Assembly (NCBI GenBank): GCA_963727625.1
Contig: CAVSHR010000002.1
Coordinates: 672,001-736,000 of the forward strand
Origin: an uncultured delta proteobacterium
Lineage (GTDB): Bacteria > Desulfobacterota > Binatia > UBA9968
Length of the DNA: 64,000 bases
Direction of reading: 5' to 3'
Both the position numbers and the translations under genes were made by a program. Shown piece by piece: positions 10,196 through 19,901 of this stretch (positions are counted from its first letter, which is position 1; each line of letters begins with the position of its first letter). The notes under the pieces were generated by a model. The model did not search any database. It was given only the letters and a program-made list of their open reading frames with translations, and had not been told where the DNA came from.

Positions 10196-11107
10196 CTAGA
10201 CGATATGCATACCGCCGCCGGGAGGCGGCGTCGGTTGATTCTTGCCGGGCAGCCAGTCCACTTCCTTGCGCGGGCTGTTGCCTTTCACGGCAAACTTGGC
10301 CCGGCCCATGTTTTCGAACTCGATTTCGATGGTGTCGCCGGCATTCACCGGCATCAAACCTTCGTGAAAAGTGCCGGTTGCGACTACGTCGCCCGGAGTT
10401 AGGCGGATAAACTTCGTCAGCCAGGCGATCTGATTGGGAATCTTATGGGCCATCGCGCTGGTGTTGTAATTCTGCCGCGGTTGGCCGTTGTTCCACGATT
10501 TCACGATCACGTTGTGCGGATCGGGAATTTCATCCTTGGTGATGATCCACGGACCGCAGCAGCCGTGGCTGCCTTGGCCCTTGCCGATGAACTGCGTGCG
10601 CCGTATCAGGCCGCGCGTCGAGATGTCGAACATCGGGACGTAGCCGAAAACATAATCCAGCGCCTTGTTGGCGGGAACATTTTCCGCCGCCTTGCCGATA
10701 ACGAAGGCAAATTCGGCCTCGGGCTGATAGACCACGCAAGCCGGGATATCTCTCAGTTCGACGGCGTCGCCGGGTCCGACCAGATCGGGCGACTTGTAAA
10801 AATATTCATTGGGAAAATTGTCCGCGGTGCGGCCGGGGCGATCGATGTAGTTGCTAAACGCGGCGAGGAACTTGCCGGGGCGGGCCAGCGGCGAGCGCAG
10901 CTGCACGCTGTCGAGCGGCACGCCGCTCTGAGTTGCCATGATTTTTTCGAAACGGCGCCGATACTTGCGCCAGCCCTCGATAACTTCTTCCATGACCCGC
11001 TGCGGCCCTTTGGCCTTGCGAGCGCTCACGCTGTCGCTAACGTCGACGACCATGGTCCCGTCTTTAATGACGCCGATTCGGTCATCGTTGAATCGTAGAA
11101 TCTTCAA
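10196..11107 (-). CDS. Fumarylacetoacetate hydrolase family protein
   Basis: PEAEFAFVIGK, VFGY..DIS.R, GPWIITKDE and LTPGDVVATGT; TTG start with GAAGGAGA RBS. Confidence 0.88.
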   Translation of the reverse strand: MKILRFNDDRIGVIKDGTMVVDVSDSVSARKAKGPQRVMEEVIEGWRKYRRRFEKIMATQSGVPLDSVQLRSPLARPGKFLAAFSNYIDRPGRTADNFPNEYFYKSPDLVGPGDAVELRDIPACVVYQPEAEFAFVIGKAAENVPANKALDYVFGYVPMFDISTRGLIRRTQFIGKGQGSHGCCGPWIITKDEIPDPHNVIVKSWNNGQPRQNYNTSAMAHKIPNQIAWLTKFIRLTPGDVVATGTFHEGLMPVNAGDTIEIEFENMGRAKFAVKGNSPRKEVDWLPGKNQPTPPPGGGMHIV

Positions 11108-11262
11108 AGTTATCTCCTTCCCTGCGCGAAATTGCGCATATCATTCCTACAACCCGGTGTTGTTGTCAATCCAAAATCGACAAAATTCGACGCCGATAAA
11201 CGATTAAGCAATCAGCTTTTCAAACTGTCTGGATTGTTGTAATTCAATGTCAGGAGGATTCT

Positions 11263-12351
11263 ATGCTGCTGATCAACAACCAGGAAGTTGAAAAGCTTTT
11301 CTCGATGAAAGACTGTCTCGCTGCGCTCGAAGACGGCTACGACGATTTGCTCAAGGGCGACGCGGTCTATCGGCCGCGCTTGGATTTATGGATGCCCTGC
11401 GACCGGCCGGACGGTTATTGGCGTTGGGGCACGATGGAAGGGGCGAGCCGCAAGATCGGCGTGTTCGCGATTCGCATGAAGTCCGATGTCGTCTACTGGC
11501 CCAACGGAGCGACCGAAGAAAAATATTGCATGCAGCCTGGCACCTGGTGCGGTTTGGTGATGGTCTTCAGCGTACGCAACGGGGAACCTTTGGCGATGAT
11601 CAACGACGGCTTGTTACAGCATATGCGCGTCGGTGGTTGCGCCGGCTTGGGTGCGAAGTATATTTCGCGCGAGGATGCCTGCGATGTCGGCATTTTCGGC
11701 TCGGGCGGCATGGCGCGCAGTTACCTGGAGGCGTTTTATGAAGTTCGCAAGCTCAAGCGGGTAAAAGTCTACAGTCCGACCAAAGCGAACCGCGAGCGTT
11801 TCGCCCGCGAGATGACCGGCAAGCTGGACATCGAAGTTCTGGCCGTCGACGAGCCGGAAAAAGTCGTACGCGAAGCAGATATCGTGGCGACCTGCACGGA
11901 CTCGACGCGGACGGTGTTCGACGAACCGGAGTGGCTCAAGGAAGGGGCGCACATTACCTCGGTGCGCGCCTGCGAGGTCGGGCCCCGAGTGATCAAGAGA
12001 TGCGATCTATCGGTCAAACTCGGAAAGAACACTATCGAAGCGATGGACGAAGGCATGATTCGCTTGCACGGCAACGTCGGTTACATCGCGGGACAGCCGG
12101 AGGAGCGCGCGCGCATACCCAACCCGGCCGTGGATAATTACAAGGGCGATTTCTTCAAGTACTTCATGGATGTCCGTTCGGGCAAGGTGCGTGGCAGGAT
12201 CAATAATCAGCAGGTCACTTATTTCATCAATGCCGGTACCCAGGGGCTTCAATTCGCTGCATGCGCGGGGAAAGTTGTCGAACTGGCGAAGAAACAGAAA
12301 GTCGGGCGCGAGCTGCCGACCGAATGGTTCTTGCAGGACATAAGGGATTAA
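11263..12351 (+). CDS. Ornithine cyclodeaminase / mu-crystallin family protein
   Basis: GEPLAMI, GIFGSGGMA NAD-binding, ADIVATCT and GLQFAA; AGGAGG RBS. Confidence 0.88.
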   Translation: MLLINNQEVEKLFSMKDCLAALEDGYDDLLKGDAVYRPRLDLWMPCDRPDGYWRWGTMEGASRKIGVFAIRMKSDVVYWPNGATEEKYCMQPGTWCGLVMVFSVRNGEPLAMINDGLLQHMRVGGCAGLGAKYISREDACDVGIFGSGGMARSYLEAFYEVRKLKRVKVYSPTKANRERFAREMTGKLDIEVLAVDEPEKVVREADIVATCTDSTRTVFDEPEWLKEGAHITSVRACEVGPRVIKRCDLSVKLGKNTIEAMDEGMIRLHGNVGYIAGQPEERARIPNPAVDNYKGDFFKYFMDVRSGKVRGRINNQQVTYFINAGTQGLQFAACAGKVVELAKKQKVGRELPTEWFLQDIRD

Positions 12352-12354
12352 TCC

Positions 12355-12425
12355 GTTTTGGGTTTCGTGCCTTGGGTTTGGCGTTGTCCTGGCGATTTGT
12401 GAACTCGAAACACGAAACCTGAAGC
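12355..12425. repeat. Inverted array of 7-nt GTTTCGN-like units
   Basis: GTTTTGG GTTTCGT GCCTTGG GTTTGGC ... AAC TCGAAAC ACGAAAC CTGAAGC. Confidence 0.6.
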
Positions 12426-12429
12426 GACC

Positions 12430-12484
12430 TCAATATCCCAGATCCTCAATCTCTTCCTGGTCTATTCCGAAGTCGTGGCGACCT
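12430..12484 (-). repeat. Diverged duplicate of the 3' end of the zincin gene (island boundary)
   Basis: 45/56 aligned identities with 17221-17276 (manual count). The minus strand reads HDFGIDQEEIEDLGY* versus HYFGMDEEDIEDLGY*. Confidence 0.85.
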
Positions 12485-12538
12485 ATTCAGAACCCTAACT
12501 TTTTTTGGGTTTCATCTTTAGGTGACCTCCTAGGTCCC

Positions 12539-15500
12539 GTGTGTTATTCTAATTTTGTTATGACGGTATTGGTTGGACAACCCATCGATGCACGTGAATT
12601 GGAGCAAGCCATAAGCCAGTGGTCGCCGGATAAGTTTGCTTCCATGTGCAACGATCTGGTTTGGGCTATTTCCGGTCGCCGGTGGCCGGGGATGCCGTCC
12701 TTTACGGAACGCGTCAATGCTGCTGACGGCGGGATCGATGCAGAGTGGGAGGTAGAAGTTTCGGATGGAGACAGCGTAGTCCCGACTCCGATTATCGGTC
12801 CAGGTTGGAACGTTTTCCAGTACAAAAAACGTGATCTCATCGCCCAGGATCGAAAACGCATCATTTCCAATGTTAAATCAGACCTGAAGGGAGCTGTCAC
12901 TAACCTTACACGAGCGCGCCAGCGGCTTCCAAGTCGTTACGTATTGTTTTTGAATGTCGATTTGAAGCATGACCAAACCGTAGCTCTAAAAAGTGCAATA
13001 CTGGAAGGGTACGACCGGGCATTGGGGGTTCACGTCGAGGTTATCGGGGCGGCTGAAATTGCCACCTTCTTAAATGACCAACCGCACCTTAGAGCGGCTT
13101 ATTTTTCTCCGCTCGCTTTCAAAACCTGGGAGGAAGCTAATCGCTCTCACCGCAATCAAAAGCTTTTCGGTTTCGACGTAGCATTGGTAGGTCGAGAGGG
13201 TCTGCTAACACGACTAAGGGATTTGGTTGATGCTCCCCATATTGCCGTGATTGTGGTTTCAGGACCACACGATATTGGGAAGAGTCGTCTTGTCCTTGAG
13301 GCCACTCATCATCGACCTCAGGATATTGTTTTTGCAGTTGATCCCCGCTCCATGAAGATTGATGACTATCGTAATCTCGTCGCAGAGCGGCGCAATGTTG
13401 TGTGCGTTGTCGAAGATCCCGATCCAGAACGAGTTGAACGGCTTATCAACGAAATTCTGGGCATCGAACGACTAAAAATAATAATTACTGTTCCGAATTC
13501 AGAGCAGATGCCGCCAATCTCGTATGGTTTGGATAACCGAGTAGAGTCATTATTTGTCGAGGGTTTAAGCGACGAAAACGCGCGTAAACTTCTACTGTCC
13601 ACACAGAAGCATCTAGACTTTGGTGTTGAGTCCTGGATTTTGGATCGAGCGGGCGGCAATCCCGGAATTTTGCTTGCAGCGGCAACGGTGGCAGAGACGC
13701 TACGAACCGAGTCTGGAAACTTTGAAACGGGCGTTGGGCAGGAATTTGCGAGACGGATCGAATTAGAGCTGAGTGGAAACTCGCTAAAATGTGCAGAGCT
13801 ATTATCCCCATTGACCCACGTTGGTATTTCAGGACGGTTCGAAAAGGAAATCCGCGCAATCTGCGATATCTTTGGTGACGGGCATTGGAATCTGACTGAG
13901 GTCTTTTCCGAACTAGAGAGTTTGGAAAAGACGGGATTGGCAAAAAGAGGGGGATCGTTTGCCGAGATTTCGATACCGTTTCTAGCTAATCATCTTGTAT
14001 CAGCGCTACTTCGCGGTCGAAAGGATGAATTATTCGCTCTCTTTGCAAGGTTAGAACAAGCAGGGAGAGTGAGACTGATCAGGCGCCTCTCGCAGGTCAC
14101 AAGCCCCGAAGTAAACCATTTTTGGGACGCCCTATTCGATCCTAACGACTCGCAAGCTCCGTTCGGCACTCTGTCATCTGCGTTGAATCAGTCGCAAATG
14201 CTGCGATTCATTGCTGGTGCCGCACCAGAAAAAACAATCGTCTTGTTAGAAAAAAGCCTGCTTGGAACAAGTCACGAGGACAGGTTAGCGATAACCGGTG
14301 ATGCGCGCCGGGAGATCATGTGGGCCCTTGAACAACTTCTTTTTCGGGCAAAGACTAGTCGGCGCGCTTTAACATTGGTCTGGCTTTTGGCTGAAGCGGA
14401 GACTGAAACCTGGGGCAATAACGCCACTGGTGTCTTGTTAGAGTGTTTTCATCCTTTGCATAGCCAGATGCCTCTGCCACTGGATGAGAGATTGGCGGCC
14501 TTGCGTGAATTTACGTCAGCTTCGGGTTCTAGAGACGGAGCACTCGTCGCGATTCGAGCCGCAGGAAAGGCTCTGAGCCAACGTGCTGTTGGACTTCGAC
14601 ACAGCATGGGAACCGCGCCGTTAGATAAGAGGCCGGTTTTTACTTATGGAGATTTGTACGACTATGCTCGTGATGTAATAGACCATCTCTTCTCGATCGC
14701 GGAATCTGCAGAGAACGAGATTGCCCACGCTGCGGTGGAACAATTGCCAACCTTAGTATCAGAACTGGCCACTCAGGGGCGACCGAAAGAAGCATTAGAG
14801 CGCCTTAACAAATTAGTCGCTTGGGCAGTATCAGAAAAGCCAGGAGTAAGCATCGCGTCTTTGTACAGGGTCCTTCACTTTGTTCGGCGAGTCTTTCTTG
14901 AACGCGCCCAAAAAAAGGACACCGATGCTAATGGACGTGAAGAATTTCAACAGCATGTTAAGGATCTTGAGCGCTTAGTTTACAGTCTGGAAAGTGGCGG
15001 CTTCTCTGTGAGACTAAAGAGATGGGCTAGCGGATGGCATTCAAAAGACCATGAAGAATTACTGATTAATGGGCAGAAAGTGTATCGATCAGAATACGAA
15101 CTGGAGAATTTAGCTAAAGAGTTATTATCGAATTCTGCGTTGTTGACCCCACAGATACTTTCGTGGCTTGTTTCTGGTGAGGCGAACCAATCTCATCAGT
15201 TCTTCTATCACTTGGGCAGATTGGATGTAGAAGGTTGTTTTCGCTCCAAGATGGTGAAGATTGGAACTGACAGTCGTGGATCAATAGCTTTTGCTTCGTA
15301 TTGGGGAGGTCAGGCAGAAATTGACCGAAGAAAAGCAGAGGCACGGCTAGAAGAACTCGCAAGTTTGGGGGCCATTGCTGGTAAAGCGTCTATTGCTACG
15401 GCCGCGCGCTTGGGACCGAGCAAATTAAGTCTACAAATAGTTCGGCATGAAATCTCAGTGGGTCGCGTCTCCTCCAATGACGTGTCTGAAATTCTCTATG

Positions 15501-16531
15501 GGGACTGGATCGAAAAGCTATCACCAGACGATTTGTTGAGCTTGCTAGAGATCATTGCAGGAAAGCAGTTCGAAAATGCAAAGGTAATAACTAATGTACT
15601 TACGAGGTGGATACACCACGATAAATCACTGGAGGGTCCGCTTGGGGAGTTTGCGTGGAAATGTCTGGAAGTTATGCCACCTGTTTTAGGCAACGAAGCT
15701 TACGATTGCGATCAAGTTGCTTCAAAATTGGCTCAAATAGACCCTGAACGGGGGTTTAAACTTCTTGAGAGCCTTTTGATGCAGCCTGAGGACAGACGAA
15801 GCTGGTGTCCGATAGATCGTTATGTGGGTGGAAACGATTTTTGGAGTGTCTTGCACAAATCTGACCCCCGGAAAGCCCTGCGGACGGTTTTTTATGTCGC
15901 TTTGCAAGACCCCTTGTACGGCTTCCGTGTGACGTGGAATCTTGAAGAATTGTTGAATCAAGCAGCTGACGCAGACATGTTGCTTGAGTTTGCTCTCGAA
16001 GCCGAGAATCACGCAATCCTAGTTGCTGAAAGCATCACAAGTGCCAAAGACGGCTTTTGGCCAATTGCTTTTGGTATTGTTCAGAAGTTTCCTACCAGTG
16101 AGAAGGTGCGGAATGCACTTACGCAGGGCGTCGAGCAAATGGGTCGCATTATAGAAGGCCCGTATTCACAACATACTGAGGCGTGCCGCAGAGAAGTTGA
16201 GAAAAGGCTGAGGGATCCAGGTACTCCAGCGGCAGCTCGCCCCTGGCTTCAGGATATCCTGGGCCGCCTAGAGGAAGAAATAGCTCAACATACCATTTGG
16301 GAATATGACGAAGACGCGAACGACCTACGACGATATATAGAAATTGAAGACAAAACTTCTCCTGAAAGGATTTGGGCTATATCGCGTGTCTTAAAGTATG
16401 CAGACTGGAAGGACGTAAGAAGGATGTTGACGGTTGAAGATATTGAGGACGTTCTCCCTCAAGTGGATTTACCTGAGAGAAAGCGTAAGGCATTAGAAAA
16501 AGCGCTGGAGGTTTGGCGTAGTGGAGTCTAA
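12539..16531 (+). CDS. Mrr-like nuclease-STAND NTPase (Avs/NLR-like) with long helical region and C-terminal antitoxin-like module
   Basis: N-terminal DGGIDA...FQYK; VGRE, Walker A GPHDIGKS, Walker B-like VCVVED and GNP motif; C-terminal IWEYD...RIWAISRVLKYADWKDV...ALEVW. The start may be ATG 12560. Confidence 0.75.
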   Translation: MCYSNFVMTVLVGQPIDARELEQAISQWSPDKFASMCNDLVWAISGRRWPGMPSFTERVNAADGGIDAEWEVEVSDGDSVVPTPIIGPGWNVFQYKKRDLIAQDRKRIISNVKSDLKGAVTNLTRARQRLPSRYVLFLNVDLKHDQTVALKSAILEGYDRALGVHVEVIGAAEIATFLNDQPHLRAAYFSPLAFKTWEEANRSHRNQKLFGFDVALVGREGLLTRLRDLVDAPHIAVIVVSGPHDIGKSRLVLEATHHRPQDIVFAVDPRSMKIDDYRNLVAERRNVVCVVEDPDPERVERLINEILGIERLKIIITVPNSEQMPPISYGLDNRVESLFVEGLSDENARKLLLSTQKHLDFGVESWILDRAGGNPGILLAAATVAETLRTESGNFETGVGQEFARRIELELSGNSLKCAELLSPLTHVGISGRFEKEIRAICDIFGDGHWNLTEVFSELESLEKTGLAKRGGSFAEISIPFLANHLVSALLRGRKDELFALFARLEQAGRVRLIRRLSQVTSPEVNHFWDALFDPNDSQAPFGTLSSALNQSQMLRFIAGAAPEKTIVLLEKSLLGTSHEDRLAITGDARREIMWALEQLLFRAKTSRRALTLVWLLAEAETETWGNNATGVLLECFHPLHSQMPLPLDERLAALREFTSASGSRDGALVAIRAAGKALSQRAVGLRHSMGTAPLDKRPVFTYGDLYDYARDVIDHLFSIAESAENEIAHAAVEQLPTLVSELATQGRPKEALERLNKLVAWAVSEKPGVSIASLYRVLHFVRRVFLERAQKKDTDANGREEFQQHVKDLERLVYSLESGGFSVRLKRWASGWHSKDHEELLINGQKVYRSEYELENLAKELLSNSALLTPQILSWLVSGEANQSHQFFYHLGRLDVEGCFRSKMVKIGTDSRGSIAFASYWGGQAEIDRRKAEARLEELASLGAIAGKASIATAARLGPSKLSLQIVRHEISVGRVSSNDVSEILYGDWIEKLSPDDLLSLLEIIAGKQFENAKVITNVLTRWIHHDKSLEGPLGEFAWKCLEVMPPVLGNEAYDCDQVASKLAQIDPERGFKLLESLLMQPEDRRSWCPIDRYVGGNDFWSVLHKSDPRKALRTVFYVALQDPLYGFRVTWNLEELLNQAADADMLLEFALEAENHAILVAESITSAKDGFWPIAFGIVQKFPTSEKVRNALTQGVEQMGRIIEGPYSQHTEACRREVEKRLRDPGTPAAARPWLQDILGRLEEEIAQHTIWEYDEDANDLRRYIEIEDKTSPERIWAISRVLKYADWKDVRRMLTVEDIEDVLPQVDLPERKRKALEKALEVWRSGV

Positions 16532-17213
16532 GGTAATGACTCCATTCCAAACAAGGGTCCTAGAGACTCTTTTTGAAAGTGGTCTCAGCGACCTCGGTTA
16601 TTTTTTTACCGGTGGGACAGCACTCGCTGAATTCTATCTTCAACACAGATTTTCCGACGATCTAGATATATTCATTAGAGAACATCAAAGCATAAAGGGT
16701 GATTTTACCAGCGTCAAACGACTCTTGGAGGAGAAATCATTCGAAGTGTTTTCGGAAGTGGCGGGAGATGAATTTGTTCGATTCTTCGTACGTGACTCTG
16801 AGGAGACGGGGCCCGGTCTAAAAGTTGAGTTGGCGAGACAGGCGGGGGTTCAATTGAGTCCGAGCATGGCCGTCGGCAAGATTGTGGTGGATTCATTTGA
16901 GGATATAGCCGTCAATAAAATTTGTGCGATCTACGGAAGGATTGAAGTCAAGGATTTTGTAGACTTGTTCTTCATACTAAGACAATCAAATTTCTCTCTC
17001 GATTACCTGGTTGCCCGGGCCAAGGAGAAAGACGCCGACTTCGAAAGAGAAGATACGGTACTCGAATTTGCCACGCGGCTTTTGGCCGTGGGAGAATTGC
17101 AATTGCATCAAATCCGGATGATTAAGTCATTGTCATTGGATGATCTCCGGTCTTATCTTAGACCTAAGGCGGAGGAATTGATTAGACTGTTTCGTCCGGC
17201 AAGGGTGCCATAA
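16521..17213 (+). CDS. AbiEii/AbiGii (DUF1814, MenT-like) nucleotidyltransferase toxin
   Basis: FTGGTALAEFYLQHRFSDDLD and NKICAIYGRIEVKDFVDL; overlaps the upstream stop by 11 nt. Confidence 0.9.
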   Translation: MESKVMTPFQTRVLETLFESGLSDLGYFFTGGTALAEFYLQHRFSDDLDIFIREHQSIKGDFTSVKRLLEEKSFEVFSEVAGDEFVRFFVRDSEETGPGLKVELARQAGVQLSPSMAVGKIVVDSFEDIAVNKICAIYGRIEVKDFVDLFFILRQSNFSLDYLVARAKEKDADFEREDTVLEFATRLLAVGELQLHQIRMIKSLSLDDLRSYLRPKAEELIRLFRPARVP

Positions 17214-17220
17214 AATCGTT

Positions 17221-17589
17221 TCAGTACCCCAGATCCTCGATGTCTTCTTCGTCCATGCCGAAGTAGTGAGCGATCTCATGCAACACCGTGAGGCGAATCT
17301 CTTCGCGAAGCTTAACCGGATCGGCAAAGTCACGCAGCAACGGTTCGGCGAAGATGGTTATTTTATCCGGCAACAGCGGCGGTTCGAGGCTGGATCGTTC
17401 GGGGAGAGGAACGCCTTGATAGAGCCCGTAAAGCGTATCGTGACGCGGGTCGAGCCCTTCGGCGCGCAAGAGCTTCGGACTTGCTCTTCCCTCGACGACG
17501 AATTCCAGATTGCGCAACTGGGCCCGGAAGCGGCGCGGTAGCCGGTCCACAATTTTGGCCACTTCTTCCGTGATTTGATGGATGTCCAA
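17221..17589 (-). CDS. Minimal zincin metallopeptidase (Zincin_1/DUF1025-like)
   Basis: LYGLYQGVPL, PDKITIF and TVLHEIAHYFG. Confidence 0.88.
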   Translation of the reverse strand: MDIHQITEEVAKIVDRLPRRFRAQLRNLEFVVEGRASPKLLRAEGLDPRHDTLYGLYQGVPLPERSSLEPPLLPDKITIFAEPLLRDFADPVKLREEIRLTVLHEIAHYFGMDEEDIEDLGY

Positions 17590-17609
17590 CGCCGCTGAGT
17601 TTCCCGCAA

Positions 17610-18818
17610 ATGTATTCCAGCTTCAAGCTTCTTAGTCGCGGTTCGCTAATGATCGTGACGATCTTTTGCTGCGGCTGTGTCGCGGGGCTCTCTCCCGACC
17701 GGGAGAAAATCACACCGAAGCCGGCAGCAATCCGCGATGATCTCGATGCCGAGTCCCTGCGCGCGGCAATTCGCCAGAGCCTGGTTTACCTGCAACAATT
17801 GCCGCCCGATCGCGTGGTCGGCGAACAACCGCGCCGATTCACCGCCAACGAAATCGCCAAATCCCTCTTGGCTTTCGAGAAATTGCTCGATGATTGGCAA
17901 TGTGCCGAGTGTGTCGCGCGCCAGGTCGCCGCCCATTTCGATCTCGTACCCTCCGGCGCCGATGCCGAGCGCGCCGAAGTGTTGTTTACCGGTTACTATC
18001 GACCGGTGTTGAACGGCAGTCTCACGCGCACGGACAGATTCCGCTATCCGATTTACGCCAGGCCCGCCGATCTGATCGGCGCCGAACGGGTTACGCTCGG
18101 GCCGAAACCGATCGTCGAAAGAGTGGTCGGCCGAGTTCAGGGCGAACAATTCATGCCTTACTATTCGCGGCGGGAGATTGACGAGGCGGCTGCCTTGCAA
18201 GGGCGCGGCCTAGAGATAGCGTGGGTCGATGATCCCGTCGATCTTTTTTTTCTGCATATCCAGGGTTCAGGCCTGATCCGTTTGCCGGACGGCGCGCAGT
18301 TGAGCGTCGGCTACGCCGGACAAAACGGCTGGCCATACCGGAGCATCGGACGGCTTTTAGTCGACCGGGGCGAGGTTTCCAGAGAAGATATGTCGATGCA
18401 GCGCCTGCGCCGTTATCTCAGCGACCATCCACAGAAGCGCGCCGAAGTCTTCAGCTACAACGAAAGCTACGTTTTTTTTCGCGTGCTCCAGAATGGACCG
18501 CTGGGCAGCCTGGAAGTGCCGCTCACGTCGAGTCGCTCCATCGCCACCGATGCGCGCTTGTTTCCCAAAGGCGCGCTGGTATTGATTCAAACGCAAATCC
18601 CGCGCATCGATAGCGCCGGTCGTCTGGCGGGATGGCGCCCGATCACGCGCTTCGCGCTCAACCAGGATTCCGGCGGTGCGATCCGCGGCCCGCAGCGCGC
18701 CGATATCTATTTCGGCTCCGGCGACGAGGCGGCCAGCTTGGCCGGTTACATGAACCGCCCGGGTAAAATGTTTTTCCTGGTGTCAAAATCGGCGCCGCTA
18801 ACAGTCAAAAACGAATGA
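17610..18818 (+). CDS. mltA: Membrane-bound lytic transglycosylase A
   Basis: FTGYYRP, FFLHIQGSG, SIATD and QDSGGAIRGPQRADIYFGSG (3D domain); lipoprotein-like N-terminus. Confidence 0.92.
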   Translation: MYSSFKLLSRGSLMIVTIFCCGCVAGLSPDREKITPKPAAIRDDLDAESLRAAIRQSLVYLQQLPPDRVVGEQPRRFTANEIAKSLLAFEKLLDDWQCAECVARQVAAHFDLVPSGADAERAEVLFTGYYRPVLNGSLTRTDRFRYPIYARPADLIGAERVTLGPKPIVERVVGRVQGEQFMPYYSRREIDEAAALQGRGLEIAWVDDPVDLFFLHIQGSGLIRLPDGAQLSVGYAGQNGWPYRSIGRLLVDRGEVSREDMSMQRLRRYLSDHPQKRAEVFSYNESYVFFRVLQNGPLGSLEVPLTSSRSIATDARLFPKGALVLIQTQIPRIDSAGRLAGWRPITRFALNQDSGGAIRGPQRADIYFGSGDEAASLAGYMNRPGKMFFLVSKSAPLTVKNE

Positions 18819-18959
18819 TTAGCTGCGAATTACGGCGAGCGCGTCATAATCGCTGCCCAAGAACCGGTGATCGGGTTTGCCCGATGGGTTCTTTCATTCA
18901 ATGCGCTACTTGAGCCATACGCAGCGGCAGGATAGCCTATCCTGAACCGATCACTCCCG

Positions 18960-19832
18960 ATGGAACGGCATAATGAAACACGACGACTGAAGTGGGCTTT
19001 GGCGATCAGCCTGCTGTATTTTTTTGCCGAACTGATCGCCGGCTTCATGACCAACAGCCTGGCTTTATTGTCCGACGCCGGCCATATGCTTTCCGACGTC
19101 GGCGCTTTGGGCCTGAGTTTGTTCGCCTTTCATGTGGCGAAGCGGCCGGCCACGCATCACAGCACCTACGGTTTTCATCGTGTTGAAATTCTTGCCGCGC
19201 TGTTCAACGGCTTGGCGCTGTGGATGATCGTAGGCATGATTTTCGCCGCGGCCTACAGCCGCGTGGCCCAACCGCCCGAGGTCGAGAGCTTCGGCATGAT
19301 CGTCGTCGCGGTGATCGGTTTGTTGGTGAACCTGGTCGCCGCGGTGATTTTGCACGGCGGGCACCATCACAATCTAAATTTGCGCGGCGCGTTCTTGCAT
19401 GTGATCAGTGATGCCGTGGGGTCAGTGGGCGCGATTATCGCCGGCGTGGTCATGCTGACCACCGGGTGGTATCTCGCTGATCCGCTCATCAGTATCGTGA
19501 TCGGCGTGCTCGTGCTGTTTTCGTCGTGGAGCCTGGTGAAAGACGCGCTCAGCGTGCTCATGCAGGCGGTGCCCAAAGGCATCCGGCTCGATGAAGTGCG
19601 GCGCACCATCGAAGCCGTCGACGGGGTCAGCAAGGTTCATGATTTGCATGTCTGGGCCGTGACCTCGGATATCTTTACGTTAAGCGCGCATGCCGTGGTG
19701 GAGCGCGGCGAAGATTTTCACGTGGTCTTGAACGGCATCGAAGACACGCTCAAGGACCGTTTCAACATCGAACACACCACGATCCAGTTGGAAACCGAAA
19801 GCCGCGAGGAAAAAGAATTTAAAGCCTTCTGA
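18960..19832 (+). CDS. Cation diffusion facilitator (CzcD/ZitB-like)
   Basis: SLALLSDAGHMLSD, NLRGAFLHVISD, VHDLHVW and HTTIQLE. Confidence 0.93.
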   Translation: MERHNETRRLKWALAISLLYFFAELIAGFMTNSLALLSDAGHMLSDVGALGLSLFAFHVAKRPATHHSTYGFHRVEILAALFNGLALWMIVGMIFAAAYSRVAQPPEVESFGMIVVAVIGLLVNLVAAVILHGGHHHNLNLRGAFLHVISDAVGSVGAIIAGVVMLTTGWYLADPLISIVIGVLVLFSSWSLVKDALSVLMQAVPKGIRLDEVRRTIEAVDGVSKVHDLHVWAVTSDIFTLSAHAVVERGEDFHVVLNGIEDTLKDRFNIEHTTIQLETESREEKEFKAF

Positions 19833-19901
19833 ATCAGAACGGCTGGACGGCGGCATCTCCCAGCCGAGGAACCAACCCGTTATTCCCAGTAGATTGGGTT
19901 T

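Larger units (their letters stand above)
12430..17276. mobile_element. Small genomic (putative defence) island inserted at the zincin 3' end, no integrase
   Basis: Flanking imperfect direct repeat; visibly more AT-rich codons than the flanks; defence-type cargo. Confidence 0.7.
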
